Shown here one piece after another: positions 18,107 through 26,942 of a stretch of DNA of 64,000 nucleotides. Numbering within the stretch: position 1 is the stretch's first letter; each line of letters opens with the position of its first letter. Under the pieces are notes generated by a model. The model made no database searches and was not told the DNA's origin. It saw only the letters and a list, made by a program, of their open reading frames with translations. Made by a program: the position numbers and the translations under genes. Source of the stretch: Candidatus Babeliales bacterium (GTDB lineage Bacteria; Babelota; Babeliae; Babelales; RVW-14); the NCBI GenBank assembly GCA_041652535.1, contig JBAZHB010000001.1:2870-66869 (forward strand). The letters are read 5' to 3'.

Positions 18107-19288
18107 TTATTGCATTTTTGTCGATAGCTGCGCATAAAGTTCAAGATGCTGCTTGACCATTTTTGTTGTATGAAAATCATCAAGTTGGTCGTTGTAGCCG
18201 TTGAGGCGCGCATACAATTCTTTGTTATGCATGAGCGCGGTGAAATGAGTGGCTAATTCATGCCAGTTACCGGGTGGTACAAGAAGGCCATTGATCTCGT
18301 GAGCAATGACTTCTCTAATGCCTCCAACATCATAAGCAACGATTGGAAGCTTGCAGATTCGTGCTTCAATGATGGTGCAAGGCAATCCTTCCCAAAGCGA
18401 ACTGAGAGCGAAAATATTCCATGTTTCGAGCCATTGGATAACATCTTTTTGCCAGCCTAACAGCGTTATAGCATGTTCCAATTTATGTGCATGTATCCAT
18501 GATTCGATGTCTGATCGCATAATACCGTCACCAATGATTTGTAGCTCAGGTACGATGAGTGTGCTTTTGTTAGCGTAATAGGTTACTTCAAATGCGCGTA
18601 AAAGATCGAATAGATTTTTTTGTGGTTTAAAACACGATATCGTGCCAATAACAAATTTTTTTGTATCAGTATTTATATCAGTAATAGATGTGATAGGGCG
18701 TGCGGTAAGAAATTTTTCTTGTCCAATAGCAGCGCGGATAATTGAACTTTTGCGAGCAAAGCGAGGGAAAAGCTTGCATCCTGTTGCGCGATCATGTTGA
18801 GCAACACAAATAAAATGTGTAGTGATGAGTGAGGTAAAAAATTCGCAAAGGTAAATAAGAGACCAGATGAAACGATTCTGGTAATCATGAAAACCATATC
18901 CATGTATGGTGTGGATACGAAGAGGAATCCGTGCAAAAAAAGCTGCCCAGCGTCCTATAATTCCTGCTTTGGTGCTGTGGGTATGAACAATGAGATGTTC
19001 ATGTTGCTTTTTAAGCTTACGAAGTAATTTGATGAGGTGAACAAGGGTGCGTAGTTCGTTGAAGATAGACGAAATACGCACTTCGCGTTTGAAGCTTTCG
19101 ATAAGAACTACTGAATCAAATTTTTGTACTTCATCAACCAGGATGCCTTCTTTGCCAGAGATAAGTGTTGCAGGAACGTGGTGTTGCGCCATGCCATCCA
19201 TGAGCGCAAGGCATACTTTTTGAGCGCCACCAAGTTCAAGTTTTGTGAGTATATAAACGACATGATAAGGGGTTAGATCCATTTCCAT
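18107..19288 (-). CDS. Glycosyltransferase, GT-B fold (family 4 / group 1)
   Basis: N-terminal GGAQKVCLALMDGM. C-terminal EGLPCTIIEARICKLPIVAYDVGGIREVIAHEINGLLV (E-x7-E motif). Start moved to ATG 19288 with a GGAG RBS, which removes the overlap with atpE. Confidence 0.8.
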   Translation of the reverse strand: MEMDLTPYHVVYILTKLELGGAQKVCLALMDGMAQHHVPATLISGKEGILVDEVQKFDSVVLIESFKREVRISSIFNELRTLVHLIKLLRKLKKQHEHLIVHTHSTKAGIIGRWAAFFARIPLRIHTIHGYGFHDYQNRFIWSLIYLCEFFTSLITTHFICVAQHDRATGCKLFPRFARKSSIIRAAIGQEKFLTARPITSITDINTDTKKFVIGTISCFKPQKNLFDLLRAFEVTYYANKSTLIVPELQIIGDGIMRSDIESWIHAHKLEHAITLLGWQKDVIQWLETWNIFALSSLWEGLPCTIIEARICKLPIVAYDVGGIREVIAHEINGLLVPPGNWHELATHFTALMHNKELYARLNGYNDQLDDFHTTKMVKQHLELYAQLSTKMQ

Positions 19289-19320
19289 CTCTCGTTCTCC
19301 TTTATCTGGGGTAGCGTTAT

Positions 19321-20253
19321 TTACATAGTGACTAGCAAGAGACTTATGATAAATCCGTAAATTACGCATGCCTCAATGAGGGCTGCGGCAAGAATTGTTG
19401 GCTTAAAGACTTTTGCATATACCGATGGCTCAATGGCTATTTGGTTGATGCCGCGTGATGAAACATAACCCATTCCTATAGCACTTCCCATGGCGGCGGT
19501 GCCAAGTGTGCAAGCGGCGACAAGTGATCGCAGTGCGTCGGCTTGTCCGTAGATAATAAGAAGCGAGAGTAAAACGCAAAAAACCATAGGCGTTTCGATG
19601 ATGGCTTGATTAAGCAGAGCAAAGGGGAAAAGCCGGTTATAGGCGTTCTTATTGATACCAATTGATGTACATGCGGCGCGTGCAAGGAGCGATTGACCAA
19701 TGGAAGGCCCTATGCATCCAAGAGCAATAACCAAACCTGCCGCAAAAAGCCTAAGGCTGGTATCTGCATCAACTGCTGCAATGAGTTGTGTTTTGAGAAG
19801 GAGCGCAATAATGAGAGAAAAAATTACTGGAGCCTCAATGATTGATTGCGCGATAAGCATAAAAATAATAATTTTTTGAGCAAAAAAAGGTTGGCGTGCT
19901 ATTGATTGTGATGCTGAGCGAACAACAAAACTTGATGCAATGCTGATGGATGCTGCCGCAATTCCAACCGCAAGGCCGATGATAAATTCAACGCGTGCAA
20001 TAGTCCACGTGAGCTCAGGGTAGGAAGCAAATAGGAGTAAAAAGGAAATGACAAGTGAAACAATGGCGCCACTTTCAATAAGCGCAAGCCCAATGATCAT
20101 TGCTCGAAAGGCCTGAGCATTACCGGTTGGCTGACGTATCATGGCATCTTCAACGCCCGATGCTGCTATTCCAAGTCCAATTCCTGCGCCGACGGCGCCA
20201 AGCATAATGGCTAATCCTGCTGAAATGTAGTGGAGCAAAGCGGGAGAAATCAC
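19321..20253 (-). CDS. atpE: F-type ATP synthase subunit c, four tandem hairpins fused in one polypeptide
   Basis: 310 aa, equal to 4 x about 75 aa. Each unit is a Gly/Ala-rich helix, a polar loop (MIRQP, IARQP, IGINKN, IAIEPS) and a helix carrying Glu. The Glu residues are E60 LIESG, E140 IIEAP, E220 IIETP and E294 LIEAC, with codons checked at 20076, 19836, 19596 and 19374. Confidence 0.85.
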   Translation of the reverse strand: MISPALLHYISAGLAIMLGAVGAGIGLGIAASGVEDAMIRQPTGNAQAFRAMIIGLALIESGAIVSLVISFLLLFASYPELTWTIARVEFIIGLAVGIAAASISIASSFVVRSASQSIARQPFFAQKIIIFMLIAQSIIEAPVIFSLIIALLLKTQLIAAVDADTSLRLFAAGLVIALGCIGPSIGQSLLARAACTSIGINKNAYNRLFPFALLNQAIIETPMVFCVLLSLLIIYGQADALRSLVAACTLGTAAMGSAIGMGYVSSRGINQIAIEPSVYAKVFKPTILAAALIEACVIYGFIISLLLVTM

Positions 20254-21095
20254 GTTGCCTCCTTATGGTCATGTGAAGTTTCTTGGTAGATTCCCATGGA
20301 GAGGTAAGTCAGAGTGAGCATGGTAATAACAAATGATTGAATCAATCCTTCACCAATACCGAGTCCTATTTGAAGCCACGAAAATAAAAATAAAATGAAC
20401 ATGAAAACAGACGAAATTTTTTTCAAATAAGGGAAAGAGGCTGCTATTTTGGGGAGGTTTGTTATCCAAGAAAAAATAAGTGTTGCTGCCATGAAAATAA
20501 GAAATATAAGTTTATAACTTCCCAAAAGATCATCGCGCATCATATCGAGAATTACCGCGCCACCAATGATATTGCCAAAAAGACGAAATGACATTGATGC
20601 GATTTTTGAAATCTCTCCCACAATGTGGATTGGTATAAGCACAAAAAATGGTTCAGCGAATTCCTTAAGATAACCTCCTATACCGTGCGCGCTTATTTTT
20701 TGGTATTGCACATAAAGGAAACTGGTGAGTCCTATTGCAAGCGTGGTATTAAGATCCTTGGTTGCTTCAACAAAAAAGGGCAAAACCCCAACAATACAAC
20801 AAAAAAAGGTAAAGAAAAAAATTGAACTAACAAAAGCAAAGTAATGGTATTTGAAGGTGGGGAGCGACTCTTTGCAAAGGTCAGAGAACGTTGAAATCAC
20901 CCATTCGAATCCGGTTGATACAAGATTGGGACCGCGATTGAGGTAATGTCGTCCAATTATGATAAGAAATAACATCGCACCCATGGCCACCCACGTTGCC
21001 ATAAGAATATCAAGGTGCACATCCCAAAAAGATCCGGTAAGCCCGAATATTTTAAAGGGGTGGACGATGGTATAGTCAAAAATCTCAGCACTCAT
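20250..21095 (-). CDS. atpB: F-type ATP synthase subunit a
   Basis: Polytopic membrane protein with the conserved stator-arginine motif SFRLFGNIIGGAVI. Start set to ATG 21095 (MSAEIFDY...), directly after the stop of the upstream small ORF. It has a 4-nt overlap with atpE. Confidence 0.9.
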   Translation of the reverse strand: MSAEIFDYTIVHPFKIFGLTGSFWDVHLDILMATWVAMGAMLFLIIIGRHYLNRGPNLVSTGFEWVISTFSDLCKESLPTFKYHYFAFVSSIFFFTFFCCIVGVLPFFVEATKDLNTTLAIGLTSFLYVQYQKISAHGIGGYLKEFAEPFFVLIPIHIVGEISKIASMSFRLFGNIIGGAVILDMMRDDLLGSYKLIFLIFMAATLIFSWITNLPKIAASFPYLKKISSVFMFILFLFSWLQIGLGIGEGLIQSFVITMLTLTYLSMGIYQETSHDHKEAT

Positions 21096-21367
21096 ACCAA
21101 TTTTTTTGTGTACCTCCAAACTATGAGCCAAAAGCTTGTCATGAATGCAGATGAGCTCCACAAAATATTTAAACCTATGGTTTTTGTGCAAAAAACGAAA
21201 ACAGCGGCTATTAAGCCTAGACTGCCAAGAAAAGAGGTAAGAAGTAAAAAGATTTGGGCGTAAATGTTTCTATTGTTACGCGTTAGATACAAATTGAACC
21301 GTTTGACGAAAAAAAATGCATAAAGCGCTCCAAGCGCGCATCCGAGTATGAGTGAGAACAAAACCAT
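21092..21367 (-). CDS. Small three-TM membrane protein upstream of atpB (AtpI/AtpZ-like by position only)
   Basis: 91 aa with three hydrophobic helices. Its stop abuts the atpB start. No motif-level identification. Confidence 0.4.
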   Translation of the reverse strand: MVLFSLILGCALGALYAFFFVKRFNLYLTRNNRNIYAQIFLLLTSFLGSLGLIAAVFVFCTKTIGLNILWSSSAFMTSFWLIVWRYTKKLV

Positions 21368-21551
21368 GGATCGATCTTCTGTTTTTAAGGGGGCTGTTTA
21401 TTTTTCGCCTATAAACCCATATTAATACGTTGTGCTCAATGTCGCAAGGAGGTTGTCAATGCTTAACAAATATTTCTTTTTAGGGGCTAATCTGGCATAT
21501 ACTGAAATTGGTAGGTTTTTTTGGAGGGTAGTAGAGGAGAAGGGCTGAGTT

Positions 21552-21956
21552 ATGATGCGGAATTATACTCCAGTACTTTTTGTTGTAGCGCTTGGGATTT
21601 TTGGCCTCAGAATTATGAGTGCTATCAATTTGCGCCCTGGATCGTTATATACCATCCCATCACATAAAAGCTTTTTTGTCGTGGTTGATAGGGACGGAAT
21701 CCCTTTGTTTGATGAGGATATAAAGAAAAATATCCAATCGATACGAGGGAGCAAAACTTTGCAGGCTGTCGGATTGGCTAAGCAGGTCGTTGTAGGGGCA
21801 ACCGTACGAGTTTTCAATGATACTTCGGTAGCTTTCTATCGTAAGACGAGTAAAAATATTCCTTATTTTATTTTGCGTAATTGTCCGGTGAGTACACCAA
21901 AAGCGATAAAAGTAGGAAATATACGATGTTATATTGTTGATCCTATGGCTTCATAG
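21552..21956 (+). CDS. Hypothetical exported/membrane-anchored protein
   Basis: 134 aa with an N-terminal hydrophobic helix PVLFVVALGIFGLRIMSA. No recognisable domain. Confidence 0.45.
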   Translation: MMRNYTPVLFVVALGIFGLRIMSAINLRPGSLYTIPSHKSFFVVVDRDGIPLFDEDIKKNIQSIRGSKTLQAVGLAKQVVVGATVRVFNDTSVAFYRKTSKNIPYFILRNCPVSTPKAIKVGNIRCYIVDPMAS

Positions 21957-22157
21957 GGTAAAATATGAGGCTTCTTGTGCTCAAGAGGCCTTTTCTTAAA
22001 ATACTTTTTTCAAATAATTTTACAAATAGTTGATTTTTACATTGGAACGTGCCTACGATAAAGGTGAGCCGCAAGAAGCGATTGTGCGCCTTTGTATATA
22101 AAAAAATTAGGGAAACGGGGGCTGGGGTTACGTCTCTAAGGGAAAAAGGGGGGGACT

Positions 22158-22820
22158 ATGACACGTAAAAGTTTCTTATTGATGCTTGTTGCATCGGCAG
22201 TTGGGGCTTGGGGTTTATATGCAGCAACAACCAAGAAGCTACGTATTCCAAATGTTGGTGTGCATAAAGTTAGTGATCTTTATAAAATTATTCGCACCAA
22301 TGATTCACGCGCCGATTTTATTTTAGCGGCCAAAGATATTGCGACTAATACGCAGAAAAAAATGGGTATCCATATTTACGAACCAATGACGACTCATGAA
22401 TGTAAAAATAAGCCTGAATTGATAGCTGGATCAGTCTCGCCTAATAGATTTGTTGGAGAAAAGGATCCTCTCAAACCGGTGTATACGCATATTAAAAATC
22501 TTTTGACTGATAACAAGAGTGCAAATGTTCAACTTACGAGCAACCCAAACTTATTAAATGTTCTTAAGAGAACAAGATTTCTTACCGAAACCAAGGCAAA
22601 CACTAAACTTATTCAAAAAGTTGTCAGCCATAAGAGTGTAATGGGAAAATCAATGACGCGGGATCAGTTGATTGCCGCTTATGGCAGAGCGCTTTTGTCA
22701 TTTGATCTTGGTGGTTATAGCTTCTTTTTAGTTGATCCATTTCCACCGGCAGCACGAGCAACATCGAAAGTTGCTGTTTATCCGATAGTGACCGCTGTCC
22801 TGAGTAAATGGCAATTTTAA
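22158..22820 (+). CDS. Hypothetical secreted protein
   Basis: 220 aa. Signal peptide MTRKSFLLMLVASAVGAWGLYA. G-rich RBS (GGGGGGG) upstream, followed by a strong terminator. Confidence 0.5.
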   Translation: MTRKSFLLMLVASAVGAWGLYAATTKKLRIPNVGVHKVSDLYKIIRTNDSRADFILAAKDIATNTQKKMGIHIYEPMTTHECKNKPELIAGSVSPNRFVGEKDPLKPVYTHIKNLLTDNKSANVQLTSNPNLLNVLKRTRFLTETKANTKLIQKVVSHKSVMGKSMTRDQLIAAYGRALLSFDLGGYSFFLVDPFPPAARATSKVAVYPIVTAVLSKWQF

Positions 22821-22845
22821 TTACGCAGTAATGTTCTTTTAGGTG

Positions 22846-22877
22846 ATCGGCCGCTTGCTTCAGGCGGCCGATTTTCA
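22846..22877 (+). terminator. Rho-independent terminator
   Basis: Perfect 9-bp GC-rich stem ATCGGCCGC / GCGGCCGAT with a 9-nt loop, followed by TTTTCATT. It lies between two convergent genes. Confidence 0.7.
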
Positions 22878-22891
22878 TTCTACGTTGCCAA

Positions 22892-25282
22892 TTATTTTCC
22901 TAATAACAATATCTCTTTGAGCACCGCATCAGGATTGAGCGACATTGAATCAATACCGTGTTTGACCAAGAACTCTGCAATTTCTGGATAATCGGACGGG
23001 GCCTGTCCACAGATACCAATTTTTTTATTATTGCGATGAGCTCCTGCTATTGCGGTGGCAAGCATTGCCTTAACGGCCTCATCGCGTTCATTAAAGATAT
23101 CTGCGACCAATGCAGAATCACGATCAACGGCAAGCGTAAGTTGTGTCAGGTCATTTGACCCGATCGAAAAGCCATCAAATATTTTACTGAACTGATCGAT
23201 CAGAATAACGTTTGAAGGGACTTCGCACATCATATAAATACGCAAATCTTTTTGCCCTTGTACTAACCCGTATGATTGCATAAGTTGAATAACCGATTTT
23301 GCTTCAGCAGTAGTGCGTACAAAAGGAATCATAAGAATAACATTAGTGAGGCCCATTTCTTCACGTATTTTTTTCATCGATCTGCATTCAAGTTCAAAGG
23401 CAGCACGATAATGTTCATGCGCGTAGCGTGATGCTCCGCGAAAACCGATCATAGGGTTTTCTTCGGTTGGCTCAAAAAATGTTCCCGCAATTAACTTTCG
23501 ATATTCGTTGCTCTTGAAATCAGACATACGCACAATGACGGGGCGGGGGTAAAAAGCTGCGGCAATGGTTCCTGTTTCTTGCGCAAGCCTATCCACAAAA
23601 AACTGTTTCTTATCATCATACTCAATGGTAATATTTTCGATTTTCTCGCGATCTTCTGGATAAAGCACGCGTTCTGGATGTACCAACGCCATTGGGTGAA
23701 TTTGAATAGTATTATTGATAATAAACTCGAGTCGCGCCAACCCTACGCCACGTACGGGTAATCGTGCCAATGAAAATGCTTCATCAGGATTACCTAAGTT
23801 CATCATGATATCGACTGAAGGCTTTTTGATACTGGTAAGCGGAATTTTTTTGACTTCAAAGGGAACTGCCCCATCATACACAATGCCCGTTTCCCCGCTG
23901 CTGCAATCAATGGTAATTGTTTGCCCGGTTTTAATTTTTTCTGTTGCGCCTGTTGCGCCGACAATTGCAGGAATACCAAGCTCACGGCTTACAATGGCTG
24001 CGTGGCATGTTCGTCCACCACGATTGGTGATAATACCCGCAGCGGTTTTCATGATCGGTTCCCAATCAGGATCAGTCATATCCGTGACAAGAATTTCTCC
24101 GGGTTTAAGTTGACTGAGCATTTTTGCTGAACCAATGAGACGTGCTTTGCCGGTGGCAATTTTGCGGCCCACGCTTTTACCTGAACAAATGTGTGATGCT
24201 TTGGCATGCGGATCTTTGGAAGGAATATATTCTTCAAATACGGTGACGTGTTGTTTTTGAGAATGCACTGTTTCAGGCCGTGCTTGAACAATATACAATT
24301 TGCCATCATTGCCATCTTTTGCCCATTCGATATCCATAGGGCACCATGTTTTCTTTTGTTCTGAGTAGTGATCTTCAATGATGGTTGCTTGACGTGCTAG
24401 TTCAAGAATTTCAGCATCGTTTATGGCAAAATGACGGCGTTCTCGTTCTGGAACGGCAACATTTTTGGTTGTAGCTGTACCTTCTTGTACATAAATTAAT
24501 TTTAAGATTTTATTACCGAGTCTTTTTTTAAGAATAGGTTTAAAACCGGCTTTTAATGTTGGCTTGTGCACATAAAATTCATCGGGATTGACGGTACCTT
24601 GTACGATATTTTCTCCCAGCCCAAATGATGCGGTAATGAACACAACATCTTTATTGCCACTTTCGGTATCAAGGGTAAATATCACGCCTGAACTGGCTTT
24701 GTCAGACCGTACCATTTTTTGTACGCCAATTGAAAGCGCAACATTCATGTGATCAAAGTTGTGATCAATGCGATATGATATGGCACGGTTAGTAAAAAGA
24801 GAGGCAAAGCATCGTGCGCATGAGCTTAAAAGTTCTGCATCGCCACGTACATTGAGATAGGTTTCCTGTTGCCCTGCAAAAGATGCTTCGGGTAAATCTT
24901 CTGCGGTTGCTGATGATCTAACAGCAACGTCGCAGCCATGGCCATAGCGTTGTTCCATTTCATGATAAGCCTGAATGATCTCTGCCGATAAATCGCTGGG
25001 GATTGGGGCGTTGCGAATAAGTGTTCTGATGTCATGGGCGATGATGGCAAATTCATCGAGATTTTTTTTATTAAGGGTAAGTAGTAATTTTTTGATGGGC
25101 TCCATTAGATTATTATGCTCAAGGTGGTAACGGTAGGCTTGTGCTGTTATAGCAAAGCCTGAGGGGATCAAAACACCTTTTGGGCCAAGGCGTTGGATCA
25201 TTTCACCAAGTGATGCGTTTTTGCCACCGACAAGGGCAATATCTTTGATGCTGAGATTTTCAAATGGTTTGATAAATTTCAT
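22892..25282 (-). CDS. ppsA: Phosphoenolpyruvate synthase (pyruvate, water dikinase)
   Basis: N-terminal VGGKNASLGEMI, phosphohistidine motif GGRTCHAAIVSRELGIPAIVG and C-terminal FSIGSNDLTQLTLAVDRD. Start moved to ATG 25282 (MKFIKPFENL), which has an AAGGAG RBS. Confidence 0.93.
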   Translation of the reverse strand: MKFIKPFENLSIKDIALVGGKNASLGEMIQRLGPKGVLIPSGFAITAQAYRYHLEHNNLMEPIKKLLLTLNKKNLDEFAIIAHDIRTLIRNAPIPSDLSAEIIQAYHEMEQRYGHGCDVAVRSSATAEDLPEASFAGQQETYLNVRGDAELLSSCARCFASLFTNRAISYRIDHNFDHMNVALSIGVQKMVRSDKASSGVIFTLDTESGNKDVVFITASFGLGENIVQGTVNPDEFYVHKPTLKAGFKPILKKRLGNKILKLIYVQEGTATTKNVAVPERERRHFAINDAEILELARQATIIEDHYSEQKKTWCPMDIEWAKDGNDGKLYIVQARPETVHSQKQHVTVFEEYIPSKDPHAKASHICSGKSVGRKIATGKARLIGSAKMLSQLKPGEILVTDMTDPDWEPIMKTAAGIITNRGGRTCHAAIVSRELGIPAIVGATGATEKIKTGQTITIDCSSGETGIVYDGAVPFEVKKIPLTSIKKPSVDIMMNLGNPDEAFSLARLPVRGVGLARLEFIINNTIQIHPMALVHPERVLYPEDREKIENITIEYDDKKQFFVDRLAQETGTIAAAFYPRPVIVRMSDFKSNEYRKLIAGTFFEPTEENPMIGFRGASRYAHEHYRAAFELECRSMKKIREEMGLTNVILMIPFVRTTAEAKSVIQLMQSYGLVQGQKDLRIYMMCEVPSNVILIDQFSKIFDGFSIGSNDLTQLTLAVDRDSALVADIFNERDEAVKAMLATAIAGAHRNNKKIGICGQAPSDYPEIAEFLVKHGIDSMSLNPDAVLKEILLLGK

Positions 25283-25351
25283 AGTAAGCTCCTTTGAAAT
25301 ACGTACCAAGCCTAAAGTAAGAGATGTCTTTTTTAAATAAAAAGGTTTTTT

Positions 25352-26446
25352 ATGTTGAACCCGCATAGCCGCCATTTAATGTTTGTTGTCTATGATGGAA
25401 TTGAAAATTCAGTGTTTCAGAGTCAGGTGCTTACGCCTTTGCTTGCACAATTGGCTGAGGACATAACGCTTGAAATAACCTTGGTGTCATTTGAAGTTTC
25501 TTGCGTATTACCCGAAAAAGTCATGCGTCTTATTCCGGCGCACGACCGCCTACATTTGGTGCTGCTCCGTCGGTTGCGGTTTATAGGTAGAGTTAGCTTA
25601 TGGGTTGGGGTGGTGCAACTTTGTGGACTTATGAACAAGATTCCTTGCCATCACCTTATTACCCGTGGTCCACTTGCAGGCTGGATTGCCATGCATACAT
25701 TGCGACGTTTGAGAGTAAAGCGGCTTAAACAAGAAAATAATACTCCTATCCCAACACTCAAAATTCAAGCTCGCGGATTATGCGCTGAAGAGTTTCGTTA
25801 TGTTCATACCCAAAATAAGAGTGGTTTTTTTGAAGGTCTTGCATATTACTGGATATATCGACTTTTATGGTTTGTTGAACGTGAAGCTTATGGAGGAACA
25901 ATTATGTCAGATTATACCGTGGAAGCGGTGAGCCCTAGTTTAAGAGATTATATGATAAAAAATTTTGATACCGATCCGGCAAAAATTTTTATTGCGGCCC
26001 GTGATATTCCTTCATCAGTACCTGAGCCTATGGTTGTGCAATGGCGTAACCAAGTGCGTAGGCGTTTGAATATAAGCGCAGATGCTTATGTTTATTGTTA
26101 TAGCGGCTCATACAAACCATGGCAGTGTGCAGATGAAACAGTGCGTTTTTTCGCACAACAATATGCGGCAGATCAACGAGTTTTTTTGCTCATTCTTTCG
26201 CAAAATAAGGATGCATTTATTAATGCACTTGAACGACAAGGCGTTGCAGCGTCTCATTACCGTGTGATAAGTATATCGCCGCGTTATATTTTGGAGTATT
26301 TGGCGGCAGCTGATGCTGGTTTGTTATTTAGAGAGCCTGATGTTATTAACTGGATTTCACGTCCAACCAAAGCATTAGAATATCAGGCAGTTGGTTTAAA
26401 AATTATTCACAATAATACGGTGGCATGGTTGACGCAAAAAAGGTAA
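25352..26446 (+). CDS. Putative GT-B fold glycosyltransferase (weak assignment)
   Basis: 364 aa. The C-terminal segment ...LFREPDVINWISRPTKALEYQAVGLKIIH resembles the GT4 E-x7-E region. The start may instead be at 25379 (MFVVYDG). Confidence 0.4.
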   Translation: MLNPHSRHLMFVVYDGIENSVFQSQVLTPLLAQLAEDITLEITLVSFEVSCVLPEKVMRLIPAHDRLHLVLLRRLRFIGRVSLWVGVVQLCGLMNKIPCHHLITRGPLAGWIAMHTLRRLRVKRLKQENNTPIPTLKIQARGLCAEEFRYVHTQNKSGFFEGLAYYWIYRLLWFVEREAYGGTIMSDYTVEAVSPSLRDYMIKNFDTDPAKIFIAARDIPSSVPEPMVVQWRNQVRRRLNISADAYVYCYSGSYKPWQCADETVRFFAQQYAADQRVFLLILSQNKDAFINALERQGVAASHYRVISISPRYILEYLAAADAGLLFREPDVINWISRPTKALEYQAVGLKIIHNNTVAWLTQKR

Positions 26447-26518
26447 CAAATACAAGTTTCACTTTTTGCATAGAAATATCGTTTTAGAATTATCAGATCA
26501 TTTTGATGAGATGTGAGT

Positions 26519-26886
26519 TGGTGGAGGCGATGGGAGTCGAACCCATGTCCGCAATATCACGAGCGCCAAGTCCTACGTGCGTATCTCTTGATTATTCTCT
26601 TAAGCAAAAGCAAGAGCACCTGCGCCTAAGAGCCGGTTCAGTATACGGTGTTGGTTACACTCCTGGAAAAGTCTTGCCAACAAGTTCTATCTGGTTAATA
26701 CGAGTGGGTCAGCTGATAGACACGCCAACGTCACAAGAACTTAGCAAAAGCTTATTAAGCGATTGCGTAAGATTGGGCAGATGTGTCTGCACTTATTTGA
26801 TTTGACGGTTTCTTTTACGAGTTTGCCACCAAAACTCGGCACGCACTCAGTTCACGCATTATCACGTCGAGACCAAATACGCCCCC
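26519..26886 (-). ncRNA. ssrA: tmRNA (SsrA)
   Basis: The 5' end is GGGGGCGTATTTGGTCTCGACG. The 3' end is ATGGGTTCGACTCCCATCGCCTCCACCA, with an encoded CCA. The acceptor stem carries the G3:U wobble. An internal tag frame ...ADTSAQSYAIA ends in TAA TAA (26757-26752). Confidence 0.9.
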
Positions 26887-26942
26887 ATTACTTTCAAAGA
26901 TCTTTACAATTTCATTTACCCAGCATAGGCTGAATTGCCTGA

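Noticed and set aside
19289-19369. Long N-terminal extensions in the ORF track for the GT4 gene, atpB (21096-21191), ppsA (25283-25375), the response regulator (49136-49294), rph (60104-60160) and the Fis-like gene (57008-57100)
   Set aside because: The extensions overlap the upstream genes and lack an RBS. Internal ATGs with an RBS and/or positions abutting the upstream stop give N-termini that match the protein families, so I used the shorter coordinates.
22141-22157. G7 tract in the RBS region of the 22158 gene, considered as a phase-variation site
   Set aside because: It is only 7 nt and coincides with the purine-rich Shine-Dalgarno region. Similar GGGGG RBSs occur upstream of several genes in this window, so it is most simply an RBS.
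23715-24113. 132-aa plus-strand ORF
   Set aside because: It is antisense to ppsA.
26503-26805. 100-aa plus-strand ORF (MMRCELVEAMGVEPMS...)
   Set aside because: It lies antisense across the tmRNA gene. The GVEPM string is simply the reverse complement of the T-arm.
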